Virus record (IMG/VR): IMGVR_UViG_3300021961_007031
Strand: one strand, 5' to 3'
Length of the DNA stretch: 64,000 nt
Origin: a virus
Shown here in pieces: positions 36,770 through 47,023 of this stretch. Each line of letters starts with the position of its first letter. Position 1 is the first letter of the stretch. The notes below the pieces were generated by a model. That model was not told where the DNA came from and did not search any database. It worked only from the letters and a program-made list of their open reading frames with translations. A program made the position numbers and the translations under genes.

Positions 36770-39724
36770 ATGAAAATAAATGAAGCAGTTCAGCAGGTTG
36801 TAGCCATATATCCTGGCAGATTTCACCCTTTCCATAAGGGTCACGCCAGCGTCTACAACTATCTTCGCAACAAGTTCGACACTGTTTTCATTGCTACAAG
36901 TGATAAAGTAGACCCGCCACGCAGTCCTTTTAGTTTTGCTGAAAAGCGAGAAATGATGATTGCTGCTGGTATTCCGCCCAGTGCTATTGTCCAAACTAAA
37001 AATCCTTATCAAGCACAAGAAATACTACAAGCATACGACCCAGCAACAACCGCAGTTGTGTTTGCTGTTAGCGAAAAGGATATGGCTGAAGATCCTAGAT
37101 TTAGTTTTGCTAATAAGAAAGACGGGTCCCCAAGTTATTTCCAGCCTATGGCGCCAAACGCAAAACAAATGCAGTCCTTTGACAAGCATGGTTATATTAC
37201 TACAGTGCCTACACTAGATTTTACTGTAGCAGGCGAACCCATGCGTAGTGCTACAGAGCTACGCCGCAACTTTGCAAATGCTGATCCCGAAACTCAAAAG
37301 ACAATGGTCAATGATTTGTATGGTGCGTATAATGATAGAGTTTACCAAATACTAAGCAGCAAACTTGCAGAAAGTTTAATGTTAGAAGACTATGCTAAAC
37401 TAACCAATATTATAAATCGTATCTGGCAACTAGACCTAGAACGTCCACTAAACGAAGAAGTTAAACGCAAAGTTCTAGCAAACATAAAGTTGGCTACAGA
37501 AGCCTGGAGCGAAAAGTACAAGCGTAGCATAAACTGCAACAATCCAAAAGGATTTAGCCAACGAGCTCATTGTCAGGGTCGCAAAAAGAACGAAGACATA
37601 AATGAAGCATTTGATAGTCCTTATCCACTGGAATGGCAAGTCGAAGCACCCAATGAGTATAGTGCTTGGGCAAAAATTCCTTTTCAAGGTGGCGATTTTA
37701 GCTGGTTAAATGTGGACTTTGATCAACCAACACAGGGCAATTTTGCTATTGAATTTACACTAGGCGGCAGAACCAAAGCATCAGGGAAAGGAGATGAGTT
37801 TAGGATTTTCGCTACTGTTATAGAAGCAATTAAGCAGTGGTGGAAAAAAATAGATCAACGATTTGTTGATAGCATATACTTTAGTGCATCAAAAGATCCT
37901 AACGACAGCGAACGCAGACATGTATTATATTCAAGATTTGCTAAACAACTTGCTAGCCAGATTGGTTATACACTTGACGTAACAGATAAAGGCAGATCAG
38001 TATCATTTCTTTTAACCGCACCAAAGAGAACGTATCAAGTTAAAGAAGAGAGCGGACCTGAGGTCACAATGTGGACTAACCCAGACTGGTTTGGTGCAGA
38101 TGTAGACACTGACTATTGGAATAAACAGCCTGTTAAAGTAATAGACATAGACAAGCTCGTCCCTTATGAACCAGAAGATAAGATGCAGGATCCCAAGTCT
38201 GCTGCTAATATGCAGGCTATTGCTAAAAGGATTCAAGCAGGCGAAAAGATAGATCCTATTGTTATCAGCAAACATGAAGGCAAATGGTTGATACTAGATG
38301 GGCATCATAGATACTTTGCTAGTAAATTAGCTGGTGCTAAAAAAGTAAGAGTGGTAGTAGTAGATCCTAAATATATCACATGGCGTGATGATGTGCCAGA
38401 TGAGGATTATTATAACGAAGTATTAGAGAACCAATACAGCGACCTGGAACTAGCAATCATGGAAGGCGGCCACAGTCTAGAAGAAGGTGTTGGGCGTGAT
38501 GTTGCTAACTGGGCAAAGAGACAGTATAGAAAAGTAGTACCCTTTACACAAGCAGATACAAAAGACATGATTGACAACATTGCTAAAGAAAAGGGTATAG
38601 ATCCTCGTGTTATGCAAGCAATGGCAGACAAAGAATCTTCTTATAATACTGGCGCAATTGGCGACAAGGGCAAGTCACATGGGTTATTCCAGTTACAAAA
38701 TATTGCAGTAAAAGACATCAATGACTGGTATAAAACAGATTATACTGACAGTGATAGAATGGATCCTGAGACCAATGCTCGTATGGCTGCTATGTATTTA
38801 CAATTAGCAAAAGACAAATACGGTGCTAAAAATGATGCGGAAGCTATCGCTATGTTTAATGGCGGACCCAAGGCCTTAACTAACCGAAATGCAATAAATT
38901 ATGCCAGAGATGTTGTAAGCAGAATGAAACGCAACCAACAACGAGTGGTTAGAGAAGCAGGCGTAGGCAAGATTACCAAACAAAATGCAACCAAAGACGC
39001 TCCTATTGGCAGCGAGTTTGCTAATGTTAAAAAGTTAGGTTTGGGTAGCGGCAAGCCACCTGAACTACACAAAAAGGCTCGTAAGAACAGCGACCCAAAT
39101 ACATTATTCAATATTGGATTGGCGGAAGGCAAAGAAGGCAGTTACCTACTACAACTAGAGCGTGACGATGATCTGCTAGTATTACACATTACACATAGCA
39201 GAACAGGCAAGCGCACCGAAGTGCGTGGCAAACCAGATTACGAGGGTGATGGATACGATCCCAATGATCAACTGCACCAATTGCTTGACAAGATTGGTAA
39301 GGCAGCAAGCATTAGCGACTTAATGAATGGCGAACTAGTAAGCATCAACCCTGTTCATCCACAGGGCCCAAGTGCTAAAGCACATGCTGAAAAAGCATTT
39401 GTAAGTGAGGACTTTGCTCAAGACCTAGAAGCAGAATTTCCTGGATTAGACTTAGATTTGTATACGACACGATCAGGTTACATATTGAGCAAGATTGTTC
39501 TTCCAGTAGGTGAACGCAACGAAGGCACTGGCAGCAAAGTAATGCAACGAATTGTTGACATGGCTGATCAGGAAGGAAAACTTATTGCACTAACACCTGA
39601 TACTGCATTTGGTGGCACAAAGAGTAGACTAATAAAGTTCTACAAGCGTTTTGGTTTTGTGCCCAACAAGGGACGCAACAAGACTTTTGATTTTAGAGAA
39701 ATAATGGTTCGCTATCCAAATTAA
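36770..39724 (+). CDS. Multidomain polyvalent protein: HIGH nucleotidyltransferase, ParB/Srx-like, lytic transglycosylase, GNAT and unknown modules
   Basis: GRFHPFHKGH/SATELR; ILDGHHR; KESSYN..GLFQL..AIAMFNGG; R.EGTGS...LIKFYKRFGF. Confidence 0.85.
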   Translation: MKINEAVQQVVAIYPGRFHPFHKGHASVYNYLRNKFDTVFIATSDKVDPPRSPFSFAEKREMMIAAGIPPSAIVQTKNPYQAQEILQAYDPATTAVVFAVSEKDMAEDPRFSFANKKDGSPSYFQPMAPNAKQMQSFDKHGYITTVPTLDFTVAGEPMRSATELRRNFANADPETQKTMVNDLYGAYNDRVYQILSSKLAESLMLEDYAKLTNIINRIWQLDLERPLNEEVKRKVLANIKLATEAWSEKYKRSINCNNPKGFSQRAHCQGRKKNEDINEAFDSPYPLEWQVEAPNEYSAWAKIPFQGGDFSWLNVDFDQPTQGNFAIEFTLGGRTKASGKGDEFRIFATVIEAIKQWWKKIDQRFVDSIYFSASKDPNDSERRHVLYSRFAKQLASQIGYTLDVTDKGRSVSFLLTAPKRTYQVKEESGPEVTMWTNPDWFGADVDTDYWNKQPVKVIDIDKLVPYEPEDKMQDPKSAANMQAIAKRIQAGEKIDPIVISKHEGKWLILDGHHRYFASKLAGAKKVRVVVVDPKYITWRDDVPDEDYYNEVLENQYSDLELAIMEGGHSLEEGVGRDVANWAKRQYRKVVPFTQADTKDMIDNIAKEKGIDPRVMQAMADKESSYNTGAIGDKGKSHGLFQLQNIAVKDINDWYKTDYTDSDRMDPETNARMAAMYLQLAKDKYGAKNDAEAIAMFNGGPKALTNRNAINYARDVVSRMKRNQQRVVREAGVGKITKQNATKDAPIGSEFANVKKLGLGSGKPPELHKKARKNSDPNTLFNIGLAEGKEGSYLLQLERDDDLLVLHITHSRTGKRTEVRGKPDYEGDGYDPNDQLHQLLDKIGKAASISDLMNGELVSINPVHPQGPSAKAHAEKAFVSEDFAQDLEAEFPGLDLDLYTTRSGYILSKIVLPVGERNEGTGSKVMQRIVDMADQEGKLIALTPDTAFGGTKSRLIKFYKRFGFVPNKGRNKTFDFREIMVRYPN

Positions 39725-39739
39725 AAAAAGAGACCATCA

Positions 39740-40738
39740 ATGAAAAAAACATTGTTAATTACATTTGGTTGTAGTTGGGTCTACGGCGTTGGCGTTAATT
39801 ATGAAGAAGGCATGTCCCGGGAAGATTATCAGCTGAATGCGTGGAATCCTGAACTATGTGATGAATACAGTTTTAGAGGTTTAATTAAAAAAAATTTAAA
39901 TATTGATACTAAGAATTTTTCCTTAGGTGGCAGTAGCAATCAAATGCAATTTAGAGAGGCAAAACAATATTTTTTCTCTCAACAATTTATAGACCACAAA
40001 GATAGTTACGATAACATTATTGTTTTATGGGGTATTACCTCAACTGCCAGAAATGAGTTTTATTCTGTAGAGGACAAAACATTCCTAAACGTCCTTTACA
40101 ATACATTTTTTGATAAATTTGACCCACTTGCTAAAAGCATAACGAAAAAAAATTATGACCTTATAAAACGTCCTAACTGGCCTTCGTGGGAAGATTATAA
40201 TAATCTTAACCTAGACAATATTGATTTAGAAACTTTAAAACAAATTGTTATATCTGAAAAATTACATTTACGAGATATGCAAAAATCTACTACTTTTAGA
40301 CATCTGTTGGAACACATATTAGGAAAATTTTCCTGGGACGTGGATGCAGCAATATATGAACTTTCGCTAGAGATTAAACTTTTTAATAGTTTTTTCGAAA
40401 GTAGTAACATAAAATTTTTATGGTATGATTTGTTTAATCACCATGATTATAAAAAAAGTTTTAAAAAATTTGTTGATCCAAGGGCAGAGTGGTTCGAACT
40501 AAAAAATTTTTTACAGTATGATAACAAATCAAGAGACATATTATCCTTAATATTAAAAAATAATAATAGTTTTGTAAAGGACATAGCATATCATTTATCT
40601 GAGTGGAAAGATGACAATAAAAAAATAAATATGGGTGTAAAGAAAAAGTTATTAAATCCAATTAGTTTTCATCCTACTAAATTGGGGCACGTAGAGATAG
40701 CAAAAGTCTTACAACCAGAAATAGAAAGGTTTGTTTGA
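39740..40738 (+). CDS. SGNH-like protein, AT-rich
   Basis: FGCSW.YG, GGSSN, HPT..GH; internal WPSWEDY motif. Confidence 0.65.
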   Translation: MKKTLLITFGCSWVYGVGVNYEEGMSREDYQLNAWNPELCDEYSFRGLIKKNLNIDTKNFSLGGSSNQMQFREAKQYFFSQQFIDHKDSYDNIIVLWGITSTARNEFYSVEDKTFLNVLYNTFFDKFDPLAKSITKKNYDLIKRPNWPSWEDYNNLNLDNIDLETLKQIVISEKLHLRDMQKSTTFRHLLEHILGKFSWDVDAAIYELSLEIKLFNSFFESSNIKFLWYDLFNHHDYKKSFKKFVDPRAEWFELKNFLQYDNKSRDILSLILKNNNSFVKDIAYHLSEWKDDNKKINMGVKKKLLNPISFHPTKLGHVEIAKVLQPEIERFV

Positions 40739-41223
40739 TGTCCAAAGAAAAAGATGTAATAATACACTTTGTACGATTCTGCAAAGACCAACTAAAATTG
40801 CCTACAGTGCCCAAAATTATTATTAAAGACAAAATTGACGACACAACATTTGGCCAATACAATACGCTAAAGAAAGACATTAGTATACGCACTGGCGACA
40901 GACATATTATGGATGTCTTGAGAACCCTAGCACACGAGCTAGTGCACCATGGCCAGAGACTAATTACACCAGACCTAGATGGAAGCGATGGAAGCGCACA
41001 TGAAAATCAAGCCAATGCTATCGCTGGAGTATTACTTCGTAAATATGGTGAGGACAATCCCAAACTCTACGAACATCTAGAAGAAAGAGCAAGCATAGGA
41101 GTACCATTAAGTAGTGGACTTACGGTAACTATTGCGCCACACAGAGCTCTGAAAGTTAAAAAATCCACACCGGGGAGGCATAGCTATGGAAACCCTAAAC
41201 CTAAAAGAAAAAATTCTAAATGA
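40735..41223 (+). CDS. HExxH zincin-like metallopeptidase domain protein
   Basis: TLAHELVHH.Q...EN.ANA.AG. Confidence 0.7.
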   Translation: MMSKEKDVIIHFVRFCKDQLKLPTVPKIIIKDKIDDTTFGQYNTLKKDISIRTGDRHIMDVLRTLAHELVHHGQRLITPDLDGSDGSAHENQANAIAGVLLRKYGEDNPKLYEHLEERASIGVPLSSGLTVTIAPHRALKVKKSTPGRHSYGNPKPKRKNSK

Positions 41224-41509
41224 GGAGAAACTATATGAAAACAAACTACAACAGTGTCTTGAAGAACTTGAACAACTCATTGAAGATTTTAAAGGTCGTG
41301 CCAAACCAGGTAGTAGACCAGGCAGTCTAAAGCGTAAAGCAAGTCAGTATCTGGGCAAAGGAGTAGGCAATAAATTAAGTAAAAGTGAACTAAGACGACT
41401 AAGAGCAAAGGCAAACAAGATGCGTACCAGTGGTAATAAAGCTGAACGCAAGCGTGGCATACAGCTAGGTCGTCAAGTAAGTTTTGCTTTCAATATGCGG
41501 AAAGAATAA
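41186..41509 (+). CDS. Basic hypothetical protein
   Basis: Lys/Arg-rich after LIE|D. Confidence 0.5.
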   Translation: METLNLKEKILNEEKLYENKLQQCLEELEQLIEDFKGRAKPGSRPGSLKRKASQYLGKGVGNKLSKSELRRLRAKANKMRTSGNKAERKRGIQLGRQVSFAFNMRKE

Positions 41510-41772
41510 TGAAACTAGAGTGTGAGATATTAACAGAAGACTATAGTAACACCCCTGCTTACAGGGTATTTGTTAATGGCGAGCTAATGACTGAACGTGA
41601 TTATGTTGTACCACCAGGCGAAGTAGGACATTACAATTTTATGTGTTACTTAACTTTGCCCGGTGGTGAAAATAAACTTGAAATTCAAGGAATAGGTCAT
41701 AAGTTTAATATAGGCACGATGTGGTTAGATGACAAACAAATAGCTCACAACCAAGGAGTATTTCAGATATGA
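41509..41772 (+). CDS. Hypothetical protein
   Basis: P.YRVFVNGELMTER. Confidence 0.6.
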   Translation: MKLECEILTEDYSNTPAYRVFVNGELMTERDYVVPPGEVGHYNFMCYLTLPGGENKLEIQGIGHKFNIGTMWLDDKQIAHNQGVFQI

Positions 41773-41975
41773 GAATAGACGAATTATTAGAAACAGCAAG
41801 CGCAGGTGCTACAAGCAGCGGCAATATTGCCACTGTGGCAAACCCTACAGTTGCTAGAGGCAAAGGCAAACCAAAAATGCAAAAACCTACTGATAATGCT
41901 CTGGATATGGATGCTAATTTGTTTAGTGGCGGTGCTATTAAGAGAAACACTTCAAAGCCATTAGGTGCTTTGTAG
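41769..41975 (+). CDS. Putative internal head protein
   Basis: MRIDELLE|TASAGATSSGNIA. Confidence 0.55.
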   Translation: MRIDELLETASAGATSSGNIATVANPTVARGKGKPKMQKPTDNALDMDANLFSGGAIKRNTSKPLGAL

Positions 41976-42010
41976 CATAAATACATATATAATCTTTTAA
42001 AGGTACAACT

Positions 42011-43105
42011 ATGAGATTCCGCGATTTTAAACCAGTTGTTAAAGAGAGCAAAACTCCAGAGCAAATTAAACTTGACTACTGTAGAGGGCTTATTACAAAA
42101 GAAGACGCGGTTTCTAGTCTTAAAAAGTTAGCGGAAGAAACTGACGCTGAAAAAGAATTTAATGCAGCATTTGATAAAGAATACAAAAAAGCATTTGGCG
42201 ACAAAAAGCCAGCACAATCTAAAAGAGAGCCTGAAAAATTTGGTGGTCTCGGAAGCCAGCAAGCATACGACGAATATAAACAAGATTTAGAAAAAAGACA
42301 AGCATCTATGCTTATGCGCCGTGCCAAACCAGGCGACGCAATGGATCCTTGGGATCCAGATGATGGTAATGTATATAAAGACGAAACAACATGGCATTTA
42401 GATCCGAATTTTTCAGGATCACCAGGCGACTTTGAGCAACCTTGGATGAAAGTAAACACAAAATATACAGTAGGCCCAGATGGTCGTATAGATTTTGGGC
42501 AGCGTAAACCCTACAAAGACGACAGACCTCCTCAATACCAAGAATTATCAGATAAAGAATGGGCTGCATTTAAAAAATCTCAACTAAGAGTAGATTATCC
42601 AAATACTCCTAATGACAAATTGCCATGGTACTTAAGAAAGGACGATCCAGATTTTGTACCATATATGAGCGGCAAAAAACCATCAGGTGGTGATGCAGAT
42701 CCAGCTGGTATGACTGGTGCTACTGCCGCTGGTACTCCATCAAGGGGTGGTGATGCAGATCCAGGCGGTATGACTGGTGCTGATGCTGCTGGTACTCCAG
42801 CAAAACCATCAGGCAAAGGACCTAACTTACAAACTAATTTAGGTAGAAGTAGAACTGACAAATCAAATCAGTCTGACGATACTGGGCCAGATGATAAAGA
42901 AGCAGCCCGTATTGCAAAAAGATCAGAAAAAAGACAAGCAGCGAAACAAGATAGTTTAGACGACTTGAGTTTTGGCAACGCATTTAAAAGAGCCCGTAAA
43001 GCACATGGCGGCGCCGGCGGCATATTTACTTGGCGTGGTAGAAGATACCAAACAAATATAAAAGGCGAACGATATGTTAAGAATCCAACGCCGGTACAAA
43101 TATAA
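42011..43105 (+). CDS. Putative internal head protein with 20-aa tandem repeat
   Basis: MRFRDF...VKE|S; C-terminal SF..AF..AR...F.W.G..Y.T motif; CATAAATA upstream. Confidence 0.55.
   Translation: MRFRDFKPVVKESKTPEQIKLDYCRGLITKEDAVSSLKKLAEETDAEKEFNAAFDKEYKKAFGDKKPAQSKREPEKFGGLGSQQAYDEYKQDLEKRQASMLMRRAKPGDAMDPWDPDDGNVYKDETTWHLDPNFSGSPGDFEQPWMKVNTKYTVGPDGRIDFGQRKPYKDDRPPQYQELSDKEWAAFKKSQLRVDYPNTPNDKLPWYLRKDDPDFVPYMSGKKPSGGDADPAGMTGATAAGTPSRGGDADPGGMTGADAAGTPAKPSGKGPNLQTNLGRSRTDKSNQSDDTGPDDKEAARIAKRSEKRQAAKQDSLDDLSFGNAFKRARKAHGGAGGIFTWRGRRYQTNIKGERYVKNPTPVQI
42686..42799 (+). repeat. 60-bp tandem repeat (about 2 copies, coding)
   Basis: GGTGGTGATGCAGATCCAG..GGTATGACTGGTGCT at 42686 and 42746. 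Confidence 0.9.
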
Positions 43106-43117
43106 CTAGGAAAAAAC

Positions 43118-43663
43118 ATGAAAGACATACTTAACAAACTTGATAAAATCTTAAATGAAGGCATGCTAGGCGACATGGCACATGCCTGTGAAGCAGATCA
43201 TGAAGTTCAGATGGCTCGTGCAGATCTTTTCAAGATTGCAAAGTATGCTATTAAACTACATGACATGATGAAAAATGTTAGCGAAATGGAAGGCATCCAG
43301 GGCTGGCAGCAAGCAAAGATTACAAAGGCTGCTGATTATTTAAGCAGCGTTTATCACAATTTAGACTATGAAATGAGTCCACTTAACCAAGCTCCAGAAG
43401 GTTCAGACACTGATGAAGTTATGGCACAGATGGCTTATGATCTTGCCGCTGATGATGAAATTGAAGAAGATAAAGTTCCATTGCCACCAAAGCGTCCAGA
43501 ACCAAAGGCAGCGTCATACACTGATGCACAGAGAAAATCAATGGACGATGCAGTAGACGTAATTACAAAGTCAGCAGAAGAAGAAGATGCAAAAAAGCGT
43601 AGAAACGAATCTACAGACTTAGGTAGAGCAACTAGAAAATTCAGCGATTGGGGAAAAAGATGA
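43118..43663 (+). CDS. Putative internal head protein
   Basis: ILNE|G; DHEVQMARADL...WQQAKITKAADYLSSVYH. Confidence 0.55.
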   Translation: MKDILNKLDKILNEGMLGDMAHACEADHEVQMARADLFKIAKYAIKLHDMMKNVSEMEGIQGWQQAKITKAADYLSSVYHNLDYEMSPLNQAPEGSDTDEVMAQMAYDLAADDEIEEDKVPLPPKRPEPKAASYTDAQRKSMDDAVDVITKSAEEEDAKKRRNESTDLGRATRKFSDWGKR

Positions 43664-44178
43664 ACGACTTTACAAGCCTAGTTAAAAAACTAAACGAGAT
43701 TAGTGACAGAGCAGAAGTTACTACAATTAATGAAAGTGTAGAACAGCCTGTAGCACGAACATCTAGTGATGTGAAGTCAACAGCAAAAATCCTACGCAAG
43801 TTTAGTGAAATTGAATCTGAAATCGTTGCTGAAGAAGCTCAAGCAAAAGAAGATGTTACTAGCGATATCAGCAATCGTTTTAGAGAGTTTATGAAAAGCG
43901 AAGTTGGTCAGGGTAATGACCTTGAATCAGTAAACACTGCTGTTCACGAAGCCCACACAACTGCAACTATTTTATCAGGAAGCATAGGTGTACTAGCTGA
44001 CAGTTTAAAGCGTCAACTAGAAGCTACAAAAGAAGGTGGCGTATTACAACGCATGGTAGAACGTGAAGGTGGCGATACAACTCACATTGCAAAGGCATAC
44101 GAAGCTCTCCAATTGGCCGCAGAGGCTCTTGACGCAGCACATATGTATGCAGTAAAATTAGACGACCAAAAGAAGTAG
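43660..44178 (+). CDS. Hypothetical acidic helical protein (possible scaffold/internal)
   Basis: Multiple hydrophobic-x-E sites (INE|S, VAE|E, VHE|A). Confidence 0.5.
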   Translation: MNDFTSLVKKLNEISDRAEVTTINESVEQPVARTSSDVKSTAKILRKFSEIESEIVAEEAQAKEDVTSDISNRFREFMKSEVGQGNDLESVNTAVHEAHTTATILSGSIGVLADSLKRQLEATKEGGVLQRMVEREGGDTTHIAKAYEALQLAAEALDAAHMYAVKLDDQKK

Positions 44179-44188
44179 AGAAAAAATT

Positions 44189-44842
44189 ATGAGAGCATTT
44201 GAGTTTACCAACGAACAAACAAAAGTTGCCCCGTTAACCAGAGTTGCACCACTCACTAGAGTTGCTCCTGGTACCCGTGTTACAGGAAGTGAACCTAGTA
44301 GATGGGCAAAAAGTATGGGTAGCGATGCTGCTGCTAATGAAAAGAAACGAGCAGAAATATTAGCTCGTATGGAACGAGAACGCCCTGATTTCGAAAGAGC
44401 TGTACAAGGTCTGTCTGATACAGAATTAGCTGCTGCCAGAGAAAAGTATGCACAAAGTTTAGGACTAAGAAATGCACAGGCTATGATAAACCTAGCAACA
44501 GGTTATGAAGCAGGCACAGGACAAATTAATCCAGATTACGACAAAGAACTACAAGCAAACAAAGCAGCCAATACTCAGGATATGACACAATATGGTGCTG
44601 CCAGAAGAGGTAACGCAAGTGTGCAATCTCCTTTTATAAGTTCACAACCTAAAAAGGCTGAGCCTGCACCTACACCAGCAGCACCTACACCTGCTCCGAA
44701 AGCAGATGCAGATGATAACCAAGGCCAATCTCAGGTTGATGCTGTTGCTAAACAAGGACGTTCACAAGTTAATGCTGTTGCCAAATCAGGCATGGATGCT
44801 GTAAATGCATTAATGAGGAACGCTGGTTTAAGAGTAAGATAA
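44189..44842 (+). CDS. Putative internal head protein with VAPLTR repeats
   Basis: MRAFEFTNE|Q; 18-bp repeats at 44225-44281. Confidence 0.5.
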   Translation: MRAFEFTNEQTKVAPLTRVAPLTRVAPGTRVTGSEPSRWAKSMGSDAAANEKKRAEILARMERERPDFERAVQGLSDTELAAAREKYAQSLGLRNAQAMINLATGYEAGTGQINPDYDKELQANKAANTQDMTQYGAARRGNASVQSPFISSQPKKAEPAPTPAAPTPAPKADADDNQGQSQVDAVAKQGRSQVNAVAKSGMDAVNALMRNAGLRVR

Positions 44843-45033
44843 TGCGAGCAAAAGAGTTTCAACCTAAAGCATTGACTGAAGCAGAATTTGACGAAGCAGC
44901 AGGTGAAAAGGATGCTTGCTATCGTAAAGTTAAAGCTCGTTACAAAGTATGGCCCAGTGCATATGCTAGTGGTGCTCTAGTAAAGTGTCGCAAAGTGGGT
45001 GCTGCCAACTGGGGAAACAAGAGTAAAAAGTAA
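44842..45033 (+). CDS. Small basic phage protein
   Basis: DACYRKVKARYKVWPSAYASGALVKCRK, a motif typical of T4-like marine phages. Confidence 0.65.
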   Translation: MRAKEFQPKALTEAEFDEAAGEKDACYRKVKARYKVWPSAYASGALVKCRKVGAANWGNKSKK

Positions 45034-45287
45034 TGCTTATTACAGAAGTAGTACAAGAGGATCTACGAAAATGGTTCAAAGAGAAATGGGTTCGCTTTGG
45101 TCCTGACGGTAAGATACGTGGAGATTGTGCTAGAGGTAGTGAAAGCGAAGGTAAGCCTAAATGTTTGCCACAAAAGAAAGCACACGCATTAGGTAAAAAA
45201 GGGCGCAAGACGGCAGCAAGTCGTAAACGCAGGGAAGATCCCGATAAAAACAGACGCGGCAAAGCAAAAAACGTCGCTACAAAGTAG
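45033..45287 (+). CDS. Small basic phage protein
   Basis: VQE|DLRKWFKEKWV...C.R...KPKC.P. Confidence 0.65.
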   Translation: MLITEVVQEDLRKWFKEKWVRFGPDGKIRGDCARGSESEGKPKCLPQKKAHALGKKGRKTAASRKRREDPDKNRRGKAKNVATK

Positions 45288-45296
45288 AAATAAACT

Positions 45297-46202
45297 ATGC
45301 TATTTTTAAATTACGCTGAGTTTTATTTAACCAACGTATGTAATTTGTCATGTCCAGGCTGTAACAGGTTTAACAGTTTTAATTTTAAAGGGCATCAACG
45401 TTGGTCAGATTTAAAAGACACTTATACTAAATGGGCTAAAGTTTTACACCTAGGCAATTTTGGGATTTTGGGCGGAGAACCATTACTAAATCCTAATTTT
45501 ATGGATTGGTTAATTGGAACAACTGACTTATGGCCCAAATCAACATGTAGGTTAACTACAAATGGTTTTAGACTTAATAAAGTCAAAGGCTTGTACGATG
45601 TATTAAAAAGTCGTCCTAAAATTCAAATGTCAGTTGGTATTCATAATAAAATGCACAAGCGGGAAATAATGAATATTTTAGAAGAATTCCTTGCTGGGCC
45701 GCTTAAAATAGAACACGATAATTCTAATAAATATCAGCAAAAGTTGTATATCACCGATTCTAATGATGTAAAAGTTAGAGTAGAATATAATTGGTGGTTT
45801 CATCAGGGAGCAATCATTCCTAACGATCAAGGAAAGTTAACTTTGCATAACAGTGATCCAGATAAAGCGCATAGTATTTGCCACAGTTCAGAATGTCATC
45901 ATTTTGCATATGGCAAATTATACAAATGCGGCGCCAGTGCGCTGTTTTCAGAGTTTGACGAACAGATAGGTTTAGAACTAGATTCTAAAGATAGAGAATT
46001 AATTAATAATGTAAATTCATTATCAGTGGATGACGATTTAGAAACACAAAAACTGTTTATAGAAAATATAAAAAACCCTATACCACAATGTAAATTTTGT
46101 CCTGAAGTTTATATTGGAGATCAAATTTTTGCCTTAAAGAAAAAGGATATATTGGCCCAGCAACGAGAGAGTACAAATGAGATTTTCCGAGTTAACACAT
46201 AA
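45297..46202 (+). CDS. Radical SAM protein, AT-rich
   Basis: CNLSCPGC, LGGEPLL, TTNG, C-terminal Cys cluster. Confidence 0.85.
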   Translation: MLFLNYAEFYLTNVCNLSCPGCNRFNSFNFKGHQRWSDLKDTYTKWAKVLHLGNFGILGGEPLLNPNFMDWLIGTTDLWPKSTCRLTTNGFRLNKVKGLYDVLKSRPKIQMSVGIHNKMHKREIMNILEEFLAGPLKIEHDNSNKYQQKLYITDSNDVKVRVEYNWWFHQGAIIPNDQGKLTLHNSDPDKAHSICHSSECHHFAYGKLYKCGASALFSEFDEQIGLELDSKDRELINNVNSLSVDDDLETQKLFIENIKNPIPQCKFCPEVYIGDQIFALKKKDILAQQRESTNEIFRVNT

Positions 46203-46734
46203 ACCTACACCAGTAGAATTAGCAATTAAAGAACATATTGCAAGAGGCGTTCCTTTTAGCGAATGCATGTTTCGTCCAGGTAGTAAAGCGTTTACAGAGT
46301 TCTATAACACCCTAAGAGAAATGCGTGATACTCTAGAGTTAGATTGGCAGGATCAGGAACTACTTGATACAGATATTGGCGAATGTGTTGTTATTGAAGG
46401 TGAACGTGTTCCTCTTGATGTTCCTATTGAAGAAGAAGTTGAACTTGATGAAGCAGAATATCAGGGCAAGCAAGTTAAACTTAATTCTCCAAAGCGTGGC
46501 GGAAGCAAAAAGTTCTATGTATATGTAAAGAACCCAAAGACTGATCGTGTTAAAAAAATTAGTTGGGGTGACACAACGGGCCTAAGTGTAAAGGCCAAAA
46601 ACCGCGGCGCAGTTCGTAGTTTTGTTGCACGACATAAATGTATGCAAGCCAATGACAAACTTACTGCAAGATACTGGAGTTGCCGCACACCACGCTATAA
46701 AGCACTTGGTGTTAAAGGCGGAGCTTGGTGGTGA
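46177..46734 (+). CDS. Phage hypothetical protein with basic C-terminal domain
   Basis: LDE|AEYQGK.VKL..P.RG..KKFYVYVKNPK...RSF.ARH.C...A.YWSC. Confidence 0.65.
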   Translation: MRFSELTHKPTPVELAIKEHIARGVPFSECMFRPGSKAFTEFYNTLREMRDTLELDWQDQELLDTDIGECVVIEGERVPLDVPIEEEVELDEAEYQGKQVKLNSPKRGGSKKFYVYVKNPKTDRVKKISWGDTTGLSVKAKNRGAVRSFVARHKCMQANDKLTARYWSCRTPRYKALGVKGGAWW

Positions 46735-46994
46735 GCCCTTATACAGAGTCCCGCAAAGACAATGTAATTACAAGAAAATTTTCCCCTAGCGTTGACAGTG
46801 ACGAACTTGTCTGGCACAGAGACAGGCGTGACCGTAGCATTACTATAGTTGAAGGTACTGACTGGAAACTACAAATGGATAATGAACTTCCAGTAACATT
46901 AAAGCCTGGTGATAGTTTTAATATACCCAAAAACACCTATCACAGAGTAATAAAAGGCACATCTGACCTTGTTGTTACAATACGAGAACACTAG
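46725..46994 (+). CDS. Cupin-fold small protein
   Basis: WHRD...W.LQMD..LP..L.PGD...IP...YHR.IKG. Confidence 0.65.
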   Translation: MVVSPYTESRKDNVITRKFSPSVDSDELVWHRDRRDRSITIVEGTDWKLQMDNELPVTLKPGDSFNIPKNTYHRVIKGTSDLVVTIREH

Positions 46995-47023
46995 ATAAAT
47001 ATCATATATTTGCGGGAATTGCT

